Source: Synechocystis sp. PCC 6803 substr. PCC-P
GTDB taxonomy: Bacteria; Cyanobacteriota; Cyanobacteriia; Cyanobacteriales; Microcystaceae
Assembly (NCBI RefSeq): GCF_000284455.1
Contig: NC_017039.1
Coordinates: 2,880,001-2,912,000, forward strand
DNA: 32,000 bases
Direction: 5' to 3'
Both the position numbers and the translations under genes were made by a program. Of the stretch, positions 27,803 through 32,000 are shown one piece after another (the stretch's first letter is position 1; every line of letters starts with the position of its first letter). The notes under the pieces are model-generated. The model made no database searches. It was not told where the DNA came from and saw only the letters and a list, made by a program, of their open reading frames with translations.

Positions 27803-28702
27803 TTAAGAACTATCTTTGGGGGGAAATCGTGGTGAAATACGCGAGGAAATATTTAAGTTATTCAAGCTGACATAGTATTTGCGATAGAAGCTTGCTAAAT
27901 AGCCCATTAATTCTAATACTATCAATCTGCCCTCGGTGGCGTAGGCTTGGGATTTAATTACATTAATATTGTGATTCTTTTCCTTTAGGACGGTGGTGTG
28001 GATTTCGATAATATCCCTGGGGCTGGCTTTCATAAAACCTAGGCGATCGGCTAAATTTCTCAAGCGCTCAGAAAGATTATGGTCTACCCTAAAAGCGCGT
28101 TGATCCAATGCTAATTCTAACAACTCTCCATAGGTTTGTTTCAACTCCCCAAATAATTCTGGAAAGGAATCTTTGATGGTATCAGAACCAAACATCCGGG
28201 CAGTGACGCTGGTGGTGGAGCTAATTAAGGTTTCCAGGGCGCTGTATTCCTTCTGTTGGCTGGCTAAGTTTCGTTGATTTTCACTCTTGCGACGATAAAT
28301 ATTTCTTTCTAAAACCGATAGTAATTCATAATAAAGCAAATAACTGTCGAGATTTTTCAGTCGTAAATAGCCATCGGCCCCATGCTGGAACGCTTGAATA
28401 ACTAAATGCTCATCTTCACTTTGGCTATAGACAATGATGGATTGGTCGGGGAAAATTGTGCGGGCTTTAATTAGGGTATCAATGCCTTGGAGTTCCGATA
28501 GAAATAGATCTAATAAAACCACGGCAAACTCTCGATCTTGGCAAATGTCCACCGCCTCAGCCAAATTTGACACCGTCGTAATTTGTACCGGTAGACGTTC
28601 CACCAAAGGGGATACAATCGACGGTCCGAAGCAATGGTCAACCATGGCTGCCGTTGCTGAATCATCTTCAATCAGTAGAATTTGGTAGGGCTCCTGGGTC
28701 AT
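27803..28702 (-). CDS. kaiA3: chimeric response-regulator receiver fused to a KaiA-like C-terminal domain (KaiA3 by locus memory)
   Basis: The N-terminal CheY-like receiver has ILLIEDD, VVLLDLFL, IIVYSQS and GADGYLRLK. The C-terminal segment PRDIIEIHTTVLKEK...EGRLIVLELMGYLASFYRKY aligns by eye with the S. elongatus KaiA C-terminus VVEIHMELMDEF...LDYRLTLIDVIAHLCEMYRR. The ATG at 28702 gives 299 aa; the track ORF starts at TTG 28723. Confidence 0.75.
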   Translation of the reverse strand: MTQEPYQILLIEDDSATAAMVDHCFGPSIVSPLVERLPVQITTVSNLAEAVDICQDREFAVVLLDLFLSELQGIDTLIKARTIFPDQSIIVYSQSEDEHLVIQAFQHGADGYLRLKNLDSYLLYYELLSVLERNIYRRKSENQRNLASQQKEYSALETLISSTTSVTARMFGSDTIKDSFPELFGELKQTYGELLELALDQRAFRVDHNLSERLRNLADRLGFMKASPRDIIEIHTTVLKEKNHNINVIKSQAYATEGRLIVLELMGYLASFYRKYYVSLNNLNISSRISPRFPPKDSS

Positions 28703-28949
28703 GTAATCACGGCTAAGTTCCAAGGTGAGGGGTTTATGGGTTAGTTAAGTTTAATGCTATGCCTTTGCCTCTCTGGGGTTTACCTGGTAATGTCCCTATG
28801 CCCGCAGTTTTGAGACAAATTAAAGCACAATTAAAACTTGGCAAATAAGCTTTGACTAATCCTAAATATTTCTATGATTTAATTTGGGATTTAGCCACAC
28901 TTATTATATGGAGCTTTTAACTAAGTTTTTAATGTCGGTTAATTAATCT

Positions 28950-29687
28950 TCACTCCCCTGGGTCGGCACAAAGTTGCCCATCTTCGAGTTGAATAATCCT
29001 GTCTGCCACGTCCAAAATGCGGTTGTCATGGGTGACAATCAAAATAGTAGACCCCTGCTCTCGGGCTAATTTTCGCATCAACTCCACCACGTCATGGCCC
29101 GATTTACTGTCCAAGGCCGCCGTTGGTTCATCGGCCAAAATCATTTTGGGATGACTTACTAATGCCCTGGCGATCGCCACCCGTTGTTTTTGTCCACCGG
29201 AAAGATTGTGGGGATTGTAGTTAATGTGAGCTCCTAGTCCCACCGCCTCCAGCATGGCAATGGACAACTCTTTCGCCTGTTGAGCATTGTATTGGGGGTG
29301 TAGTTCGATGGCCATCTGTACATTTTGCCTAGCAGTGAGGGATTCGAGCAAATTGTGGGCTTGGAAAATATAGCCAATGTGACGGCGGACCTGAACCAAA
29401 TCCTGTTTTTTTGCTCCATTTAACTCTTGACCAAACACCCGCAAACTACCGCTCTGGGCCGACCGTAACCCCCCCATCAGGGTCAACAATGTTGTTTTTC
29501 CCGAACCGGAAGGCCCCTTGAGGATCACCACCTCCCCTTCGTCCAATCGGAGATTGATATCAAATAAAATTTGTTTGCGGAGATTGCCAGTGCCGTAGAA
29601 ATGACTGAGATTTTCCATGGCCACCACTGGTTCCGCTGGTGTCATGGTGACTAGGTCACTGGAGGGGGAGGAAAGAAGCATTGCCAT
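28950..29687 (-). CDS. ABC transporter ATP-binding protein, DevA/LolD/MacB-type (no permease gene adjacent)
   Basis: Walker A GPSGSGKTTLL, signature LSGGQKQRVAIARAL, Walker B ILADEPTAALD, H-loop VTHD. The start is uncertain: TTG 29693, or ATG 29687, 29681 or 29645. Confidence 0.88.
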   Translation of the reverse strand: MAMLLSSPSSDLVTMTPAEPVVAMENLSHFYGTGNLRKQILFDINLRLDEGEVVILKGPSGSGKTTLLTLMGGLRSAQSGSLRVFGQELNGAKKQDLVQVRRHIGYIFQAHNLLESLTARQNVQMAIELHPQYNAQQAKELSIAMLEAVGLGAHINYNPHNLSGGQKQRVAIARALVSHPKMILADEPTAALDSKSGHDVVELMRKLAREQGSTILIVTHDNRILDVADRIIQLEDGQLCADPGE

Positions 29688-29791
29688 GGGCAAATAGATA
29701 GTGGGAAAAAGAGCTTGTATCCATCATGACCTTTTGTCGAGGGGAAAACCACGGCTAAACTTAAAGATCCGCCCCTAGATAGCCACCATTT

Positions 29792-29810
29792 AATTTTTAC
29801 AAATTTTTAC
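29792..29810 (+). repeat. tandem direct repeat AATTTTTAC-A-AATTTTTAC, 8 nt upstream of the COG0523 start codon
   Basis: AATTTTTAC occurs at 29792-29800 and again at 29802-29810, a 10-bp period (one helical turn), in the divergent promoter region between the ABC ATPase and the CobW-like gene. Confidence 0.5.
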
Positions 29811-29817
29811 GAAATCC

Positions 29818-30876
29818 ATGCACAAAATCCCCGTTACCGTAGTCACTGGCTTCCTCGGCTCTGGCAAAACCACCTTGGTTAGGAACCTATTACAAAACAA
29901 CCAAGGGCGACGCATTGCAGTGTTAGTCAACGAGTTTGGGGAAGTGGGCATTGATGGGGATATTCTCCGCAGTTGCGGGGTATGTGACGAGGACGGCAAT
30001 CAAATCTTTCCGGCAAGCAATGAAGCCCCCAAGATTGTTGAATTGGCCAATGGCTGTCTCTGTTGCACTGTGCAGGAGGAATTTTTGCCCACCATGCAGG
30101 CTTTGTTGGAGCGGCGAGAGGAAATTGACTGCATTGTGGTGGAAACTTCCGGCTTAGCCCTGCCCAAACCTCTCATTCAAGCTTTTCGTTGGCCAGAAAT
30201 TCGCACTGGGGCCACGGTGGATGGAGTAATTACTGTGGTAGATGGGGATGCCCTCGCCAGGGGGGCCATGGTAGGGGATTTGGAAGCTTTGGAAGCCCAA
30301 CGGCAGGCCGATGATAGCCTCGACCACGAAACTCCCATTGAAGAATTGTTTGAAGACCAGTTGGCCTGTGCGGATATGGTGCTGTTGACCAAAACCGATT
30401 TGTTGGGGGATGGGGATCAACAACGGCTGGAAAATTGGTTAGGTGACCAGTTACCCACAGGAGTCAAAGTGGTGCCCTGTCACCAAGGGCAAATTAGTCC
30501 AGAAATTCTCCTCGGCTTTAATGCGGCGGTGGAAGACAACCTGGACAGTCGCCCCAGTCACCATGACCATGAAGAAGACCACGACCACGATGAGGATATT
30601 AATGCGGTGTATGTGGCCCTAGACCAGGAATTTGACCCGGCGCATTTGGTTCAAGGTTTAACTGATTTGGTGCAAGACCATGAGATTTATCGCATTAAGG
30701 GTTTTGTCGCCGTGCCCAAAAAAGCAATGCGCCTAGTACTCCAGGGAGTTGGGCAACGATTTGATTATTTTTATGATCGCCTCTGGACAGAAGAAGATAG
30801 CAGGCAAACCCGCTTGGTGGTCATTGGCCAGGGCTTGGAATCGGAAAAGATCAAAATGGCGATCGCCAACATTTAG
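29818..30876 (+). CDS. COG0523 (CobW/YjiA/ZNG1-like) G3E-family metallochaperone GTPase with a His/Asp-rich insert
   Basis: Walker A VTGFLGSGKTTL, metal-binding GCLCC (CxCC), ETSGLALP, LTKTDL (NKxD-like), the His-rich stretch HHDHEEDHDHDED (nt 30559-30597), and a C-terminal CobW_C-like domain. Confidence 0.9.
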   Translation: MHKIPVTVVTGFLGSGKTTLVRNLLQNNQGRRIAVLVNEFGEVGIDGDILRSCGVCDEDGNQIFPASNEAPKIVELANGCLCCTVQEEFLPTMQALLERREEIDCIVVETSGLALPKPLIQAFRWPEIRTGATVDGVITVVDGDALARGAMVGDLEALEAQRQADDSLDHETPIEELFEDQLACADMVLLTKTDLLGDGDQQRLENWLGDQLPTGVKVVPCHQGQISPEILLGFNAAVEDNLDSRPSHHDHEEDHDHDEDINAVYVALDQEFDPAHLVQGLTDLVQDHEIYRIKGFVAVPKKAMRLVLQGVGQRFDYFYDRLWTEEDSRQTRLVVIGQGLESEKIKMAIANI

Positions 30877-30938
30877 ACCCCTTCGGCCATCAACAGAATC
30901 GGCTACCATGGAGCAGAGAAACACAAGCTTTCAAGGTA

Positions 30939-31952
30939 ATGGTAAATTTCGGGCTTAATTCAGCTAGCATCCTTGGTATTTTTCTTGCAGTGGCCGGGGC
31001 CGGGCTCTATTTCCTGCGCTCAGTGCGGCCGGAGGTGTCCCGGGATTACGACATCTTTTTCTCCGCTGTGGGCTTACTGTGTGGACTAATTTTGCTATTC
31101 CAAGGTTGGCGGCTCGACCCGATTTTACAATTTGGACAACTTCTATTAAGTGGTTCCACCGTGTTTTTTGCCGCTGAAACCATTCGTTTGCGGGGCATCA
31201 CCACCGAACAGGCCCGGCGCAGTGCCCCCTACGCAGACGATCGCCGGGTGAGCAAAACCAGGGTCTATACGGAAGCGGAATTGGATCAGTTGGAACCGGA
31301 AGATGAACCCGTGGCCCGCAATAATCGCCGCCTGAGGGGTTATGACGATGATGCCCGCAGTGGCCGTCCCGATGGCTATGGAGAAGCGGAAGCCCGCCCC
31401 AGACCCCGTTCCCAAGGCCGTAACGCTCCCCCCACTAACCCCAACCCCAGACCAACCCGTTCCCGTCCCTCCGCTGGCCGCAGTGCCCCCCAAAGACCCG
31501 GCCCCGCCCCTGGTTACAACGATAACTACGGTTACGAAGACGATTATTCCGGTTGGGAGAGTGGTGCCAATGATGTGTGGGATGATCCCACCCCTAGCCG
31601 TCGGCCGCCTACCCGTCGTCCCCGTCCCGAAGCTGGTAATGATCCGGCCCCTTCCCGTCGTCCCCGTCCTAGTAATAATCCCCCCAATGATTCCTTTGGC
31701 GATCGCCCGGAGAGAAATGCCCCCCGCAATGCCCGTCCCTACGAAGATGAACCGCCCGCGGCCTATGTGGACTATCAACCCATTGACGAAGCCGATTTAA
31801 CTCCCCGCCCCACCACTCCCGAGGACCCTGCCGATAGGAACCAGGAACAGAGTCGCAGTGGTAATCCCCGCAGTCAACGCCCTAGTCGCTCCCCCGTCGA
31901 TGGCGAAGAGCCCCCCATCGGAGCTGATGACCAAGAACGGTTTGATTATTAG
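30939..31952 (+). CDS. ycf66: Ycf66-family membrane protein with a long Pro/Arg/Asp-rich disordered C-terminal region
   Basis: The N-terminal ~90 aa (ILGIFLAVAGAGLYFLRSVRPEVSRDYDIFFSAVGLLCGLILLFQGWRLDPILQFGQLLL) match my memory of the Ycf66 N-terminal domain. The remaining ~240 aa are low-complexity (RPRP, PSRRP repeats). Confidence 0.8.
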   Translation: MVNFGLNSASILGIFLAVAGAGLYFLRSVRPEVSRDYDIFFSAVGLLCGLILLFQGWRLDPILQFGQLLLSGSTVFFAAETIRLRGITTEQARRSAPYADDRRVSKTRVYTEAELDQLEPEDEPVARNNRRLRGYDDDARSGRPDGYGEAEARPRPRSQGRNAPPTNPNPRPTRSRPSAGRSAPQRPGPAPGYNDNYGYEDDYSGWESGANDVWDDPTPSRRPPTRRPRPEAGNDPAPSRRPRPSNNPPNDSFGDRPERNAPRNARPYEDEPPAAYVDYQPIDEADLTPRPTTPEDPADRNQEQSRSGNPRSQRPSRSPVDGEEPPIGADDQERFDY

Positions 31953-32000
31953 TTTTTCCCAGTGAACAGGGTGAGAATTTGGAGTAGTTTAGGGCGGACT

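Noticed and set aside
31146-31800. Long ORFs (210 aa on the minus strand, 152 aa in an alternative + frame) overlapping the ycf66 tail
   Set aside because: They are artefacts of the GC-rich, stop-poor, low-complexity region. Their products are Gly/Thr/Pro-rich nonsense, whereas the + frame starting at 30939 carries the conserved Ycf66 domain.

Overview
The window reads as cyanobacterial chromosome. The octamer palindrome GCGATCGC (HIP1) occurs about once per kb, and the gene content is photosynthetic-prokaryote housekeeping. From memory, the gene order matches Synechocystis sp. PCC 6803 (loci slr0079-slr0096, then slr0498-slr0503 with sll0484-sll0489). I cannot verify this without a database search. 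I support about 29 protein genes and find no rRNA, tRNA, CRISPR array or transposase. In window order the genes are:
- a 5'-truncated GspE/PilB-like ATPase paralog and a small membrane ORF
- rnhA, the PhoB-type response regulator sphR, and the rimO-crhR pair
- argC(-), hisH and thrS(-)
- a ten-gene co-directional run (11012-23063): Hsp70-like protein, crtO, gamma-tocopherol methyltransferase, HPPD, aldehyde dehydrogenase, GT2 glycosyltransferase, DnaJ-like protein, cation-dependent O-methyltransferase, SulP/STAS permease, 6-TM K+ channel
- a candidate 57-aa Cys4 mini-ORF, an orphan ABC-2 ATPase(-) and hisB
- a minus-strand block: orphan DevA/LolD-like ABC ATPase, a receiver::KaiA-like chimera, a KaiB homolog, a SAM methyltransferase and a Uma2/DUF820 nuclease-like gene
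- a COG0523 (CobW-like) metallochaperone GTPase and Ycf66

The most interesting locus is the receiver-KaiA-like gene next to kaiB with no kaiC in the window (27321-28702). As far as I recall it was only recently described as KaiA3/KaiB3. Other points worth a second look:
- the degenerate GspE-like ATPase
- a strong stem-loop between rimO and crhR
- two look-alike terminators flanking sphR
- the Cys4 mini-ORF
- the carotenoid/tocopherol/aldehyde-detoxification gene linkage
- a tandem repeat just upstream of the His-rich COG0523 gene
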